From Cyanophora paradoxa CCMP329 (Eukaryota > Plantae > Glaucophyta): DNA of 64,000 nt. A model generated the notes under the pieces. That model was not told the DNA's origin. It made no database searches and saw nothing but the letters and a program-made list of their open reading frames with translations. The DNA is taken from contig QPMI01000193.1 in assembly GCA_004431415.1 (NCBI GenBank), positions 62,001 through 126,000 of the forward strand, read 5' to 3'. This document shows, piece after piece, positions 1 to 13,499 of this stretch. A program made the translations under genes and the position numbers. The stretch's first letter is position 1. Each line of letters opens with the position of its first letter.

Positions 1-1327
1 GCGCGCTGGACGTGCGATCAGGAACTGGGACCGGTGGGGCGGGGGCAACGCCATCGCCGCGTCGACCCTGGACGGGACGGGGTCCACCCTCTTCTCCGCG
101 TGGCCCGAGGAGGCGGGCATCGCGGCGGACCCGGACAGCAGCCAAGTCTTCTTCTGCGACCGCGACGGCATGCACGTCTACAGGGTCCGGATCCGGATTT
201 ATTTAAACATATGTTGATCATGACTCCATTCGACCCGCTTCCGCTTCCAAATTAAATTGGTCTATTGAAGCTAAATTCATGGCGGCACGCACAGTTCGAT
301 GCGGCGACGGGCGCAGTCCTTCGGGACAGCAGCAACAATCCGATTCCTTTCACTCAGACACCGGTACGATCCGCCCAAGCTCCACCCGAGCTTTAATTAT
401 ATATAAACGTTAACTGTCCGCTCCGAGGCTCGAGCTCCAAACTTCAAACCCTAGGCCTGGCCTGCGCCGCGGTCGGTTGATCATGATCTTTTCAGGCTGG
501 AAGCTGCTGTGCGACTCAGTGCCAAGGAATCCAGATCATAAGCGATCCTATCTCTGGGTGTGATGGACTTTTCTATCGCGAGCGCTCATGATCAGTCGCG
601 AGGACAGAATTTGAGACGGGACTCACGATCACGGCTGCGCGCGCAGCTTCTGGCGCCTCCTCGTCAACCTCAACCCGCCGAAGATCGTCGCCTACGACAA
701 GGTCAGCGGGCATCGCCTCAGGGCCTCGGGCTCGAGGATCACGTGCACGTTCTTCCGCCGGCTCATCTGAGTTTCGGCAGAACGGCGTGAACGTCGGAGA
801 GGTCCCCCTACCCCCTATGTCGACGTCTGGCGGGAACTCGGTGCATTCCTGCTCTCGAATTCGGCCGCCGGGCGCCCCTCAGGGCCTCTTCGGCGCCTTG
901 CACATGCATATGCATATGCCTGTTTGGGACGGGCCGGGTGGGTTGAAATTTGATCATGATGTGCTTGCACAGGGAAGAGCATTTGGGGTATCTGCAGACG
1001 ACGGGCTAATCTTCGTCGCGCGAAGCAACGCCGGCAACCCACCGTCGGCACGTGCACGACACTCCCCGGAGCCCTAGGCCTTGACTAGCCAATTCTAATT
1101 AACTCTAATTCAATGATTGAATTTTGCGCCCTCGTGATCTCGACCGCGCGATTTTGTTTGTTCAGAACAGAGACATCTACGTCATTCGCGTTGCCCAGCC
1201 CCCTTCGAGGCTTCGTGTTCGCGACCCCGTGCACATTTCTAATTCTGCAGCGTTCTTAATTACAGCGCAGGTGATGAACGGAGCTGCGGTCCAAGTAACG
1301 GGGGGAGGCTCCATTTCTGTCGCTTGA
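1..1327 (+). CDS. 3' part of a multi-exon gene, probable beta-propeller (NHL/YWTD-like) protein; 5' end outside the window
   Basis: Exon-like segments between donor/acceptor-like sites give GIAADPDSSQVFFCDRDGMHVYR, FWRLLVNLNPPKIVAYDK, GRAFGVSADDGLIFVARSN, NRDIYVIRV and a final VMNGAAVQVTGGGSISVA-stop (1327); the pattern resembles propeller blades. Confidence 0.45.
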
Positions 1328-1542
1328 TTGTCAGGGCCTGGCAGCTGCAGCCTGGCAGGTGGTGTGTAAATGTCACTCATGTGTATATTGTGATCAGATC
1401 GAGGGAACCAAAGCGTGAATTCGAAGTAAGGGAAACTGTACTGTGTACAATAATGAAACGAGGGGTAGCATAGAATGGGGCTGGCGCCGCCGCCCATCGC
1501 TCTGCCTGCGGAAGGGACACGGGTACGGGTACGAGAGCTCAC

Positions 1543-1543
1543 G

Positions 1544-1575
<32 letters not shown>

Positions 1576-1577
1576 CC
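1543..1577. repeat. (GCCT)n microsatellite
   Basis: Tandem GCCT units seen directly, between two convergent gene ends. Confidence 0.9.
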
Positions 1578-1636
1578 CTACACTCGCTAGGCTAGATAAC
1601 CCTGCGGTTGCGCGGTGGGGTGCGGTGCGGTGCGGG

Positions 1637-3917
1637 TCAGGGCCCGTGGAGAGGCTCGAGGGTGCCGGCGGCGGCTGCACGCTCGATCGCCGCGGGGCTC
1701 ATCAGGTTCCACCCCGTCGCCATCGGGCTCAGGAAGTTCCCGCCTGCGCGCGCGTCAGGAGGTGCCGGGCCGGGCGCGGCGGCGGCGGGGGCGGGCGCAC
1801 TGGAGGGGCCGGGGCCCATGCTCGGGGGCAGCTGGAGGGAGAAGCCGGTGGGGGTGGTGCCCCCCGAGGGCGGGGGGAAGCCGCTGGTGAAGGGGGAGCC
1901 GCCGGAGAGGAACGGGAGGGGCGCCAGGGGGCCGAACCCCGAGCTGAGGAGGTGCAGCGGGGCGAGCTGGGCCGGCGCCGGGTCGGCGAGCATGTTCGCT
2001 GCCGCCGCCGCCGCCGCGGCGACGCCGCTGTCCATCGGGAGGCCGCCGCTGGGGCCCCCGAAGAGCACGCCCGGCACGTACTGCAGCAGCGCCCCCTCCG
2101 ACGAGGACGAGTCGCCCCCGCCCCCGCCCCCGCTGCCCCGCGACGCCTCCGCCGAGGGGCCCGCCGCCGAGGGCCCCGCCGCCGCCGACGCCGCCGCCGC
2201 CTGCTGCGCCCGCGAGCGCGTGGTGGCCGTCGCCGACGCAGGCGCCGGCTGCGCGCCGACGCGTGGCGGCGGCGACGGCTCGGCGCTCGCCGCCGAGGAG
2301 AGCGAGGCCGGCTCGGTCTCCGGGGGCGGGCACTCGTGCCTCAGGATCTGCGGCGCGCGGCCGCGTCGGCGGTGGCCGGCGGGGGACGGGCGGCGCGGGG
2401 CGGGGCGCGCCTGCATGATGTTCGGCTGGTAGCGCTCGACGGCGAGCCACAGGCGCGCGCGCTGCTGCGGGGTGAGGATCGAGACCTGCGCGGGCGGGAG
2501 GTCCCCAGGTGTGGGCGAGGGCGAGGCGGAGGCGGGGCGCGCGGCGAGGGCGGGCGGCGGACGATGATGTCGGTCTCGTGCCCGAGGGCCTTGTTCTCCT
2601 CGGCCGCCGTGTGCTGCACCTCCCCGAGCCGCCGCACCAGCTGGATGATCTCCAGGTGCTTCCCCGACAGCTCTGCCCCCCCGCCCCGCCCGCTCGAGGC
2701 GCCCCCGGCGGGCGGGGCCAGCTGCGGCGGCGCACGGCGGATCTGCGCTCTCCTCGCAGAGAAGAATGCCTGCAGCCGCCTCTCCTGCTCCTTCGACAGC
2801 GCCAGCGCTGCGCGGCGCGCGGCGCGTCGGCCCGAGGATGCGGCGCGGGCGGGCTTGGCGGGGGGCGCCGGCGGGCGGGCTCACATGCGAGAAGCTGCTT
2901 GCAAATCTTCCGGCCGATCTGCGCAGAGGCCCCCAAGGGCCCCGTGCCTTCCAACTGGTCGCCCTGCGCGCGGCGCGGGCGTCAGGGGCCGCAGCGGTGC
3001 TGGCGGCGGCCGGCGCTGCGCACGGCGCTGGCGCTGCCTTCGTCTTCGTCCGCCAGAGTCATGTTGGCGAGGAGCCTGCGGGGGCGGCGGTGGGTGGGGA
3101 GGCGGCTGCGGCGGGGTGGCGCGCTGCGCGAGCGGGCCGGGGCGGACCACAGCGAGACCTCGTTCTGCATGATGGGGAGCAGGACGCCCTGCACCTCTTG
3201 CAGATTCGTATGGAGCGAGGCGAACCGCTTCACGAAGACCTGCTTCAAAGCTATCACGTTCTGCATGAGCTCCTCCCCTCTGCGGCGGTACGACACCGGC
3301 AGTCAGAGCGAGCGGACCATGGCTGCGCGTTCGGGGCCGAGCTGGAGCAAGGACGCACGGTGCATTCGATGCGAGCATGCGCTCGATGTTGGCAATGCCA
3401 TCGTTGTACTCGCTGTCTGGGTCATCGAGCTGCTCGATGCCAAGCTCGCGTCGGAGCGACTCGTTCTCGCGTGCTAGATCCTTCGCCTGCGCGCAGGGTT
3501 TAAACACTCATGCAGCGAGTCGCTGCCGCAGCGTGAAGACCTGCTTCTCAAGCGTTTCCAGTTGCTGCGGGCGAGAAAGTCAACCAACCAACCGCCTCGT
3601 TGCGGCGCGTGCGGCGGCCGACGCGGCGGACCTCCTTCTTTCTCCGCCTGGATCGCCTCGCAGACTCCCGCTCTCTCGCGCGCCTGACACCAGAGCGCTC
3701 GTGTCAGCGTGGCAACGTCATGGGGCTTCAGGGCTCGAGGCGCAGGCTAAAGCCTCCAAAAGACAAGAATTGCTGTTCAGCGCAGCGTCTCCGCGAGGCT
3801 CGCGGCGGCTATCGATGGCGTGACACGCGCCACCACGCACCTCTTCTCAGTCTTCGGATCGACTTGGTCTGCGCCCTTCCCTCTCACTCGCGCGCCTCCC
3901 TGCCCTCCGTAGTCCAT
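1637..3917 (-). CDS. bZIP transcription factor with a C-terminal DOG1/TGA-like helical domain (multi-exon)
   Basis: Spliced N-terminus MDYGGQGG...DPKTEKRRARERESARRSRRRKKE|QLETLEKQVFTLRQRLAA is a basic region plus leucine zipper. Later ILTPQQRARLWLAVE resembles the TGA/DOG1 C-terminal motif; low-complexity tail. Confidence 0.8.
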
Positions 3918-4206
3918 TGAGCGTTTGGCGCCGACCCGCCCCCCGCAAATGCTGTACCCCACCGGTCGCCAAAAAGAAGAACGGCAAACGGTGACCTGCG
4001 ACCGGCACGACCGGCGCTCTGTCTGCCGCGCTTCTGAGAGCTATCTCTGACTAGTTTCCCGCCCCGTCGCATCAGGGTGCCGCATCCACAATCGGCGAGC
4101 TTCGGCGGCTTAGCTAAGCCACCTAAGCGACCCCACGAGCCCAGCGCCGCTAGCTACATTAAGGAGATCGCTCGGCGCCAGCGAGGCGCGCGCAGGCTCG
4201 CTGAGA

Positions 4207-7200
4207 ATGGCGGGCGAGCGCAGCAAGAGTCCGGCGTCGGGCTCCGGCTCAGATAGCGAGCCGGAGGCGGAGATGCCGGCGAAGGCTTCCGTGAGCATCA
4301 AGGGCAGCGTGATCTTCCCGAGCGAGAAGCCGAGCTCGAAGTCCTTCAGGCTCGCACAGTCCTTCAAGAAGCAGTCGGGGAGCTTCACGGAGCAGGCGGC
4401 GGGAGGCCAGAGCACGCGCAGCATCTCCTTCTTCAACAGCGCGAGCGTGCGGCGCATCCACCTGCCGCCCCCGACCGAGCACGAGCTCGAGGAGGACGTG
4501 GAGTTCGAGCAGGCCCGCCCCGCCCGCCGGCTGCCCCGCGCCCTCCTCGCCGGGCGCGCGTGACGGGGCGGCGCAGGAGGCGGCGCAGGCGGCGGGGCCG
4601 GGGGCGCAGCGGCCCGCGCACCACCACGAGGCCGGGCCCGACCGCATCGCGCTGAGCCTGGTGCAGATCGACCACCTCGGCGCCGGCTTCGTGGACGCGG
4701 CGCACCACGGCAAGCCCCGCACCCTCGACCAGGTGCCCCCGTCCCCCGCCCCGCCCCGCCCCGGCCCGGACCGACGGGGGCGGGGGCAGGTGTACGCGAC
4801 GATGTCGGTGCGGGCGGTGGCGCTGCACCTGACGGCCCCCGGCGCCGAGGAGAAGGCCGAGCCCGTCTACACCGACGAGTCCGCCCACCGCACCCCCGCC
4901 CCGCCCGCGCCCCCGCGGGGAGGGGCCGAGCATGCGGGGGCGCGGGGGTAGGTACGACCTGCAGCCGTACTCGGTGGTGGAGGAGGACCTCTTCCTGGAG
5001 GCGGCCGTGCGCTCGCCCGACTTCCTCGGCATCCGCGTCGACCTCGTCGGCTACAAGCGCGGCGCCAAGGCCCGCCCCCCCGGCCCCGCGCCCCCCGGCC
5101 CCCCCCCCGGCCCACGCCCCCCGCAGGCCGAGTCGGTGATCGCGTGGGGCACGATCCCGCCCGAGGCGGTGCGGGCGGCGCCGTCCCCCGCGGCGGCGGC
5201 GGCGGGGGCGCCGGGGTGGACGCCGTGCTGCACCTGCGGGCGGGGGCCTCGGCGGGGCACCCCGCCTTCCTCGACGGCGTCGCCGCCGAGCTCCGCTACG
5301 GCCTCACCGTCGCCCGCGTGCGCGCCCCGCGCCCCCGCCCCCGCACCCTACCCCCCGACGAGCGTCCCCCCCTCAGTCGCGGGCGTCGCCGCCCGACGCG
5401 AGCTGCGAGCGCTGCTCGGAGGTCCCCTCCCTTCTCGCCAAGGTCCGCGGGGGCCGGGGCGGCGCGGGGCCGCCGGGGCGGAGGCGGGCCGGCCCCGCTG
5501 AGCCGAGGGGGGGCGGGCGCAGATGCAGTGCGAGATGGAGGACCCGCGGGCGCTGGAGGCGATGCTCGACTACCTCGACGGCTTTCTCTTCGGCGGTGCG
5601 CCGGGACGCGGCCCGCGGACCCCCGCCCGCCCCCTCACCGCCGCCCCTCCCCGGCAGCGAGCTCACCGGCCCAGCGGCTGCCCGACTTCGTCTCGCGCCG
5701 CGGCCTCGAGGTCCGCCCGCCCCTTCTCTCCCGCCGAGCGCCCGCCCGCGCGCGCCCCTCGCCCGGCCTCTGAAGCGGCCCCTTCCCGCCCTCCCCGCAG
5801 CTGGCGGCGCAGGCGGCGCGCTTCTACCCGGGGCGGGTCTCGCTGCTCGCGCGGGCGGCCTCCCTCATCGAGCGCTGCCTCCGCAACTGCGAGGGCGCGC
5901 CACCCGACCCCGCCCCCTCCGCCCCTCTCCGACCGGCGCGACCCCTCCCCGCAGACCCCGCGCGGCGGGGGGCGTTCGAGGCGGGGGCGGCCGAGTCGCT
6001 GGCCTCGTTCCTCGCCGACGCGGCGGCCGTCTACGAGGGCACGCTGCACTCCCACGTCGGCGAGGCGAGCGAGGGCCCCCCGGGGGGCTCACGCGCACGC
6101 GCCCCGCGCCCCTGAGCAACCGGCGGCGCAGGAGGACGGGCGGGCGGAGGAGCAGGCGGCGCTGCCGCCGGCGCCCTCGGCCTCGCTGGCCGCCGCGGCT
6201 CGCTTCTCGCCCCCCCGCCCGCCCCGCGCCGGCTTCCAGGCCCGCCCCGCCCTCGCCCCGCCCCCGCCTTCCCGCCCCCGGGCCGCTGCGCGCCGGCCCA
6301 CCTCGCCCCGCCCGCCCCGCACGCCCCGCAGCGGCCGATCCGCACCTCGGAGCTGGCGAAGCACCCGCACATCGTCCACGTGACGCGTGCGGCCGCGCCG
6401 CCCCCGCCCCTCCCGCCCCCCTCGCCCCTCCGCTGAGGGGCGGGGCGGGCAGTGGAGAGGGCCGCGACCTGCTGGGCCCCACCGACGAGGAGATGGGTGC
6501 GCCCCGGGCGCCCCGGCCGGGAGAAGGCGGGGGCCGCCGGGGCGCTGACCCCCGCCCTCGCGCGCGCGCGCGCAGAGGGCCCGCGGCTCTTCGTGAAGGC
6601 CCGCCTCGGCTCCGTGCGCCCCGGCCCCTCCGCCCTCTCTCCCGCGCCCCGGCGGCCTCGGGGCGGGGGGCGAAGGGGGGGCGGGGGCAGGGGGAGGCGG
6701 AGACGGAGCCCGAGGAGTTCGAGAACGGCGCCGAGGCCGATTTCGGGGGGCGGCCCCTCGGGCCCTTGTCCGCTCGCCCCGCCCCCTGCCCCCGCCCCCG
6801 CCCCCGCGCCTCGGGGGTGACCGGGTGCCGGGGCGGGGCAGCCGGGTGACGAGCATCGGGGAGGAGCTCGTGCTGACGCTCTACCTGAGCGTGCCCCCCG
6901 TCGAGGAGGAGGAGGGCCGGCCCCGCGTCCCGGGGCGCACCGTACCCCTCGGCGAGGCCCGCCTCGGCCTCAGCGAGCTCGTCGACCGCCGCACCCACCG
7001 CGCCTGCGCCGCCCTCAAGGGTGCCCTGCCCCCCGCCCGCCCCTCCCGTCGACTTGGGCGCTTGGCGGGCGAGGCGCCTCACCCGCGGGCGTGGCGGCAG
7101 GGTTCGTGGTGGACGAGAAGAAGAAGCGGGTGAAGAACCGGGAGCCGACCTACAAGCTCGACCCCAAGGTGGTGCGCGCCACCGGGCCGCCTCGCTCGAA

Positions 7201-10200
7201 GCCGCCGCGAGCCCCGCCGCGGCGCCTCACCGCCCCCGGCTCCCCCGCCCCCGCCAGGAGCGGGGCGCGCTGGTCGTGTCGCTGCGCATGGAGCGCGACC
7301 CGCGCCCGCCGGCCCCGCCGGCCCCGCCGGCCGCCCCCAAGCTCGCCCCCCGCCCCTCAGCGCCCGCGACGGCTCCCAGGTGCGCTTCGAGGAGGCGCGG
7401 GCTGGGGGGCCCGGGGCCGGGGCCCTCGCGGGAGCCCGGAGCTGAGGGCGGGCGGGGCAGCTGGGGCCCTCTCGGAGGAGCCCGGGGCCGGGCAGCTCTC
7501 GCGCAGCGCGTCCCTCGGCGACGCCCTCAGCCACGGCGACGCCCTCAGGTGCCCCCTTCCCCGCTGCCCCCGTGCGCCGGCCCCGCCCGGCCTGAGGGCG
7601 GGGGCCGGGGGCAGCCACAGGGAGGCCCCGGGCCAGGCCGCCCACGAGGACGAGGCCTCCGAGGTGCCCCGGCGCCCCCCCCCCCCCCCCCCCCCCGCCT
7701 CGACTGGGGGCTCGGGTGCCGACGCGGCGCGCAGGGGGCCGGGGCGCGGAGTCCCCGGGCCGGCGTCGGCTTCGGGCCACGGCGGCTCCGGCTCGGAGCC
7801 GCCCGAGCCGTCCTCCCCCGGGGGCCCGCGAGCGCCGAGGAGGCGGCCGCCGCCCCGCCGCAGGCCGGCGGGGCCGAGGGCGAGGGCGAGGGCGGGGGCG
7901 AGGGGGTGCCGCCCTCGCCGGGGGGTTCCCTGGGCCCGCCCCCGCCGCCCCCGAGCCCGACCGAGGGCGGCGGCGGCGGCGGCGGTGGCCTCGGCGGTGC
8001 GCGCGGCGGGGGCGGCGCTGGCGCTACTCTTCCGCCCGAACGCCGGCGGGGACGCCTGCCGCGCCCTCGCCGCCTGGCTCGGCGCCGGCCGCTCCCTCGC
8101 CTCGGTCCTCGCCTTCGCGCTGCGGATCCGCGCAGAGGAGCCGGCGGCCTCGCTGGCCCTCTGCGAGGCGGCCGCCGCCCTCGCCGACGCCATCACAGAC
8201 GCCGCCCCCGGCGAGGGCGCCCGTGCGCCCGCCCGCGCCCCGCGCGCCCCGCGCCGCGCCCCGCCCGACGCGCCGCGCCGCGCCCCGCAGAGCGCGTGCT
8301 GCCGCCCCTCGCCGCCTCGGGCCTCCTCGACGCCCTCGAGCAGGTGCCCCCCTCGCCGCCGAGCGGGCGGGCGCGCCTCCTGACAGGGCCCGCGGCAGCT
8401 GATCCACCGGGTCGGGGCGAGCACGCGGCGACGGTGGGCGAGCCGGCGATGGCCGCCTGCGACCGGCTCACGGCCGTCGAGGACGCCCCGCCGGCCCCGC
8501 GCCGCCCGGGCTCCCGTGCCGGCCCCGGGGCGCCCCCGCGGGGCCTTCCACGCCCACGCCCCGCTCCTCTCCGCCGCGCAGCTCGTGCCGGCGCTCCCGC
8601 GCCCTCCCGCCGCGCCCCTCCTCGGCGGCCGCCATTCGCGCCGCGCCGGCGCGGACGCTGCTGCGGCCGCAGTCGGCGGTGCCCTCGATCCAGCGCGCCG
8701 AGCGGCTCAACCCGCTCGTCAACCGCGTGCCCCTCATGGGCCCCGCCCTCCCCGCGGCCGCCGCCGAGCGGCCGGGGTCGCCGCTCGGGCCCTCGCCCCG
8801 CCGGTGGAGGCGGCCCGGCTGCGGCGGCCGGTGTCGGCGCCGGCGGTGCGGGCGGTGGCGGGCGCCTCGGCGCTGGCGACCTTCTTCGGCCCGGGGCGCA
8901 ACCCCAAGGGCTCCACCCTCGTCGTCTACTCCCGCCCCGCCTCCGCCTCCCCCGCCCACGCCTCCCGGCCCCCGCCCGCCCCAGGGCCCCGCCCGCCGCC
9001 CCGCCTCGGCCTCCCCCGCCGCCTCGCCGCCCCGCCGCGGGCGCTCTCGGCGGCGGCGCCCATCGAGGGGTCGGACGCGGAGGGCGTCCCCTCGCTGCTG
9101 GCGGCGCTGCGGGGCGCGCTGTGGGAGCCCGAGCGCGCCGCCCTCGCCCTCGCCTCCATCGAGCCGCGCCTCGCGGGGGACTCGGCGCGCGCGGCGGCGC
9201 TGCGGGCGTGCGGGGCGGAGGCGGCGCTGGGGCCCTGCGGGGCCACCCCCGCAGCGCCGCCGTCCAGAAGCGCGCCCTCGCCGTCCTCTCCGCCCTCGCC
9301 GCCTACGGTTCCGCCCCGCCCGCCCGCCCCCGCCCCCCCGCCCGTCTGACCATCTGACCGCCGGCAGACGCCGGGGCTGTGCTGCGGGCGGCGGGCGGGG
9401 CCGCCTCGGCCGCCGTCCTCGCCGTCACCTCCCATGAGGTGCGCCGCCCGGGGCGCGCAAGCGCGAGAAGGAGAGAGGGCTGAGCGCGGGGCCCGCCCTG
9501 CGCGCGCAGGGCCAGCCGGCGGTCGTCGAGGCGGCCTGCCGCCTCATCGCCGCCCTCGCCGTCACCGGTGCGCGCGGCGCAGCCCGCTCCGCTCCCGCCT
9601 GACTCCCGCGCCGCCCGCCGCCCCTGCTCTCGCGTGACGCGGGGGGCAGACGAGGCGCGGGACGAGCTGGCGGAGGGCGGGGCGATCGTCGCCTGCCTGG
9701 GCGCCGCCAACCGCTCCGCCCGCCACCCCGCCACCCGCGCCGCCGCCCTCCAGGTCCACCCCCACCGCCACACTCCCCGCCCCCGCTTTCTTCCGCAGCC
9801 TTCTGAAGCGCGGCGCAGGCGCTGGCGGCCGTGGCGTCGTCGGCGGACACGGCGCGGGCCGCCTCGGACCTCGCCGCCGCCGAGTCGGCCCTCGCCGCTC
9901 TACGCGCCTCCGCCGCCGCCGCCGCCCCGACCCCGCCTCCGCCACGCACGCCGCCGCGCTCCTCCGCGCCCTCGCCACCCACAGTGCGCTCCGCCCCTCC
10001 CCTCCAGCCCCCGGCGGCCCGGCCTTGTCCGACGCGCCGCGCGCGCGCGCCGCGAGCAGACGGGGAGGGGCGGGCGCTCGTTGCCGCCGGCGCCGCCGAG
10101 CTGCTTGTCGCCGGTGCCCCGCGCCCCGCCCGAGAGGCCCGCCCCGCTCCGCCTGAACGAACGCGCGGGGGCGCAGCGATGGGGGCGGCGCCGGGGGACG

Positions 10201-13200
10201 CGGCGCTCCTCTCCTCGTGCCTCGCCGCCCTCGCCTCTCTCACCGCCACCCGTGCGCCCCGCCGCGGTCCCCTGGAGCCTAGCAGACGAAATGAGCCTGG
10301 AGTCTTTTTACGAGACGGCCGTGAATCTGACGCCGGGCCGCCCGCGCGCGCGCAGCGGAGCAGCGGGGCCGGGCGCTCGCGGCGGGGCTCGTGGACGCCG
10401 CCCTCGCCGCCCTGCGCGCCCACGCCCCGCCGCCCCGGCCCCGCCCGCCCACGCCCACGCCCCGCCCGCCCCCGCCCCTCCCGCCCCGACCAGCAGCCCG
10501 GCGCTGAGCGGCTCGCCCCCGCCCTCCGCCTCCCCCGTCTCCCCGGCCCTCCTCGCCGCCCGGGGCCCCGGCGCCCTGCCCCGCTCGCCCTCCTCGCCCC
10601 GCCCGCCGTCGCCGCCACGCAGGCGCCCCGCCCCCGCCCCCCGCCCCCCGCGTCTCTCCGCGCCCCACCGCCTCCCTTACCTCCGCCCTGCGGTCCCCCT
10701 CGCGCAGCGGGAGGCGTGCGGGCTGCTCGCGGCGCTCGTCCACTCGGAGCCGGCCGTCGCCTCCGCCCTCGCCGGTGGGGGCCCCCGCGCCCTTCCGCTC
10801 CGGCCGGCCGCCGCTCTGACCTCCTGCGCCCGCGCCGCGCAGGCCCCGAGGCGCTGGGCCTGGCGGCGGCGGTGGCGGCGTCGCTGCACCCGGCGGCCGC
10901 CCCCGCCGCGCTGCGCCTCCTCAGCGCCCTCGCCGCCCACGACGACCTCCGCGTCCGTCCCCGGCCCCGCCCGCCCCGCCCCCGCCCTGCCGCGCGCGGG
11001 CGCTGAGGGGCGGGGCGGGGGCAGGTGCCGCTGGCAGCCGCGGGGGCGGTGGACGCCCTCTCCGCCCTCCTCGACTCGCCCCTCGCCGGTGCCCCGGCCC
11101 CGGCCCCGGCCCCTCTCCCCTGCTGCCCCCTCACCCGCCCGCAGACGACGACGCGCTGGTGCTGACGGCCTGCGAGACCCTCGCCCGCCTCGCCAGCCAC
11201 GGTCCGCCCCGCCCTGCCCCGCCCGCCCCCTCAGCGGCCGACCCGGAGCGGCGGGGCAGAGCACGTGCAGCCGTACTTCGTGCGCTCGGGGGCCCTCCGC
11301 ACCGTCCTCCGCCTCCTCCACCCGCCCCTCGTCGCCCCCGCCCCGCCCCGCCCCGTCCCGCGCCCCGCCGGCCCCCGCCCCCGCCGCCCCCGCCGACCCC
11401 GACGCCCCGGCGCTCGTCCCCGCTCCGCCGGCGCCGCCGCTGGCGCCGGCCTTCTCGGTGACGCCGGCGGCGGCGCCCGAGCTGCGCATGGCGGCCACGC
11501 GCGCCCTCGTCAAGATGACCGGCAGCGGCGCGCCCCCGCCCCTCCCTTGCGAGAGGCGAGGGGCTGATCGCGTGTCGCGGGCAGGGGAGAACATGGCGTT
11601 CGCGGGGCACATCGGCGCCGTCGACCTCCTCGCCAGCGCCTTCACCGCCGGTGCCGCCGCCCGCCCCTCGCCCGCGGCGGTCGCTTCAGAGTCGAGCCGG
11701 CCGCGCGCGCCGCAGAGCCCGAGGCGCCGCCCCCGGCGCCCCGGCGGCGGCGGCCGGCGACGGAGGAGGAGGAGCGGGAGCGGCGGCGGAGGGAGGAGCA
11801 GGCCCGCGCCATGCGCCTCGCCGCCGGCCGCGCCCTCGCCCACCTCTGCCTCTCCAGTCCGCCCCACCGCCACCCGCCGGCGCCCCCGGCCCGGCCCGGC
11901 GCGCCTCTCTTACGGTCCCGCGCAGACCCGAACCAGGGCCGCCTCGCCAAGCGCGGCTTCCTCCACGACCTCGCCGACGTCCTCTCCGGAGTCGCCGGTT
12001 CGAATCCGACCGGTGCCTTTCCCGCTCGGCGCCGGCTGACCGGCAGGCGGCAGCGGCGCACGAGGCGGCGGTGGCGGCGGCGGCGGAAGAGGAGGGGGCG
12101 GCGGAGGGCGGGGAGGGCGAGGGTTCCGAGGAGCCGGTGGGCGCTCCCGCCCCGCGCCCTCCCCGCCCGCCCCGCGCCGTCGGCGCTGACGCCGCGCTCG
12201 CTCGCGCGTGCAGGCGGCGTCGGCGCGGACGTCGAAGGCGGATGCGCCGCAGCCGGCGGCGCCCGAGCCGCAGGTCGCCGCCCTCGCCCTCGCCGCCCTC
12301 GCCAACGCCGCCACCATGAACCGTGCGCCCGGGCCCCGCCCCGCCCCCGCCCCGCGCCTCGCCTGGGACGCGGCGCCGAGGCCCGCGGGCGGGCGGGCAG
12401 CGGGGATCAAGGCGCTCTTCCACGAGTACCGCATGTACGAGTCCATCGTCGCCTCCATCTCCGTCCGCCGCCCCGGCCCCGGCCCCCGCCCCGGCCCGCC
12501 GCGCCCCTGAGCGGGGCCGGCGCGGGGCAGACGCTGGGGGAGAGCGCGGCGGTGGCCGAGCACGGGGCGCGCCTCCTCTGGTCCTGCGCCCTCCACGGTC
12601 CGCCACGCCCCGCGCGGCCCCCGCCCGCCGGCCCCCACGCTGGCGGCGCGCCCTGAGGCGGGCGCGTGCAGACGAGAGCCGGGTGACGCTGGGGGCGGCG
12701 GGGGCGGTGGAGGCGCTGGCGCGGCTGATGCGGCTGCACCCGGCCTCCGCCGCCGTCAGCGAGAACGCCTCCGCCGCTCTCTGCTCCCTCGCCATGATCA
12801 GCGCGCCCGGCCCCGCCCGCCTCGTCGGGCACGGCGTGACGGGGCGGGGCGGGCGGGGGCGCAGCGGACAACGACCCGTTCTTCTCGGGGAGCGACGCGG
12901 TGGAGAACCTCGCGGAGGCCCTCCACCAGTCCGCCCGCGCCGCCGACGAGGCCGCCGCCGACGTCCCGAGGCCCGCCCCCCGCCCCGCCCCGCCCCGCGG
13001 GGGCCTGAGGGGCGGGCGGGGCAGGGGCGGCGGGTGGACTGGGTGCTGGGGGCCCGGCGGGGGAGGCGCGGGCGCAGTGGGCCCTCGTCGCCGACCGCGC
13101 CGTCGACGCCGCCGCCAACCTCGTCCTCTACTCCCGTCCGCCCCTCCCCCCGCCCCCTCCGAGCCGCCTCGGGCTGACGCGCCGGCCCCGGGCCCGGGCC

Positions 13201-13499
13201 CCGCCCCGCGGCAGACGAGATGCGGGACCGCTTCACGAAGCGCGGGGGCGACCAGGCGGCCGCCGCCGCCCTCCGCGCCTTCCCCTACTCCTCCCGCCTC
13301 CAGGCCGTCGCACCCCAGGTGCCCAGCCGCCCCCGCCGCATCGCCCCGCGGGAGGCCGCGTCGCTGAGGCGCGCGGGGGCGGCAGGTGCTGGCGGTCATG
13401 GGCAACGCCCGCCGCAAGTCGGCCCCGACCCCGACCGCCGTCTCCGCCCCCTCCCCGCCCCCCGGCGGCCAGCACACCCCCGCGAACGCCTTCAAGTGA
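4207..13499 (+). CDS. Large multi-exon protein with C2-like N-terminal segments and many armadillo (ARM) repeats
   Basis: ATG at 4207, stop at 13497-13499 (..PANAFK*). C2-like ELVLTLYLSV..TVPLGEARLGLSELV; ARM-like RVTLGAAGAVEALARLMRLHPASAAVSENASAALCSLA and ELAEGGAIVACLGAANRS. Many short introns; could be two genes. Confidence 0.65.

Noticed and set aside
4207-13499. ARM gene plus the TIR gene as a split SARM1
   Set aside because: No SAM domain seen, the ARM repeats are generic, and the genes are separated by unrelated loci.
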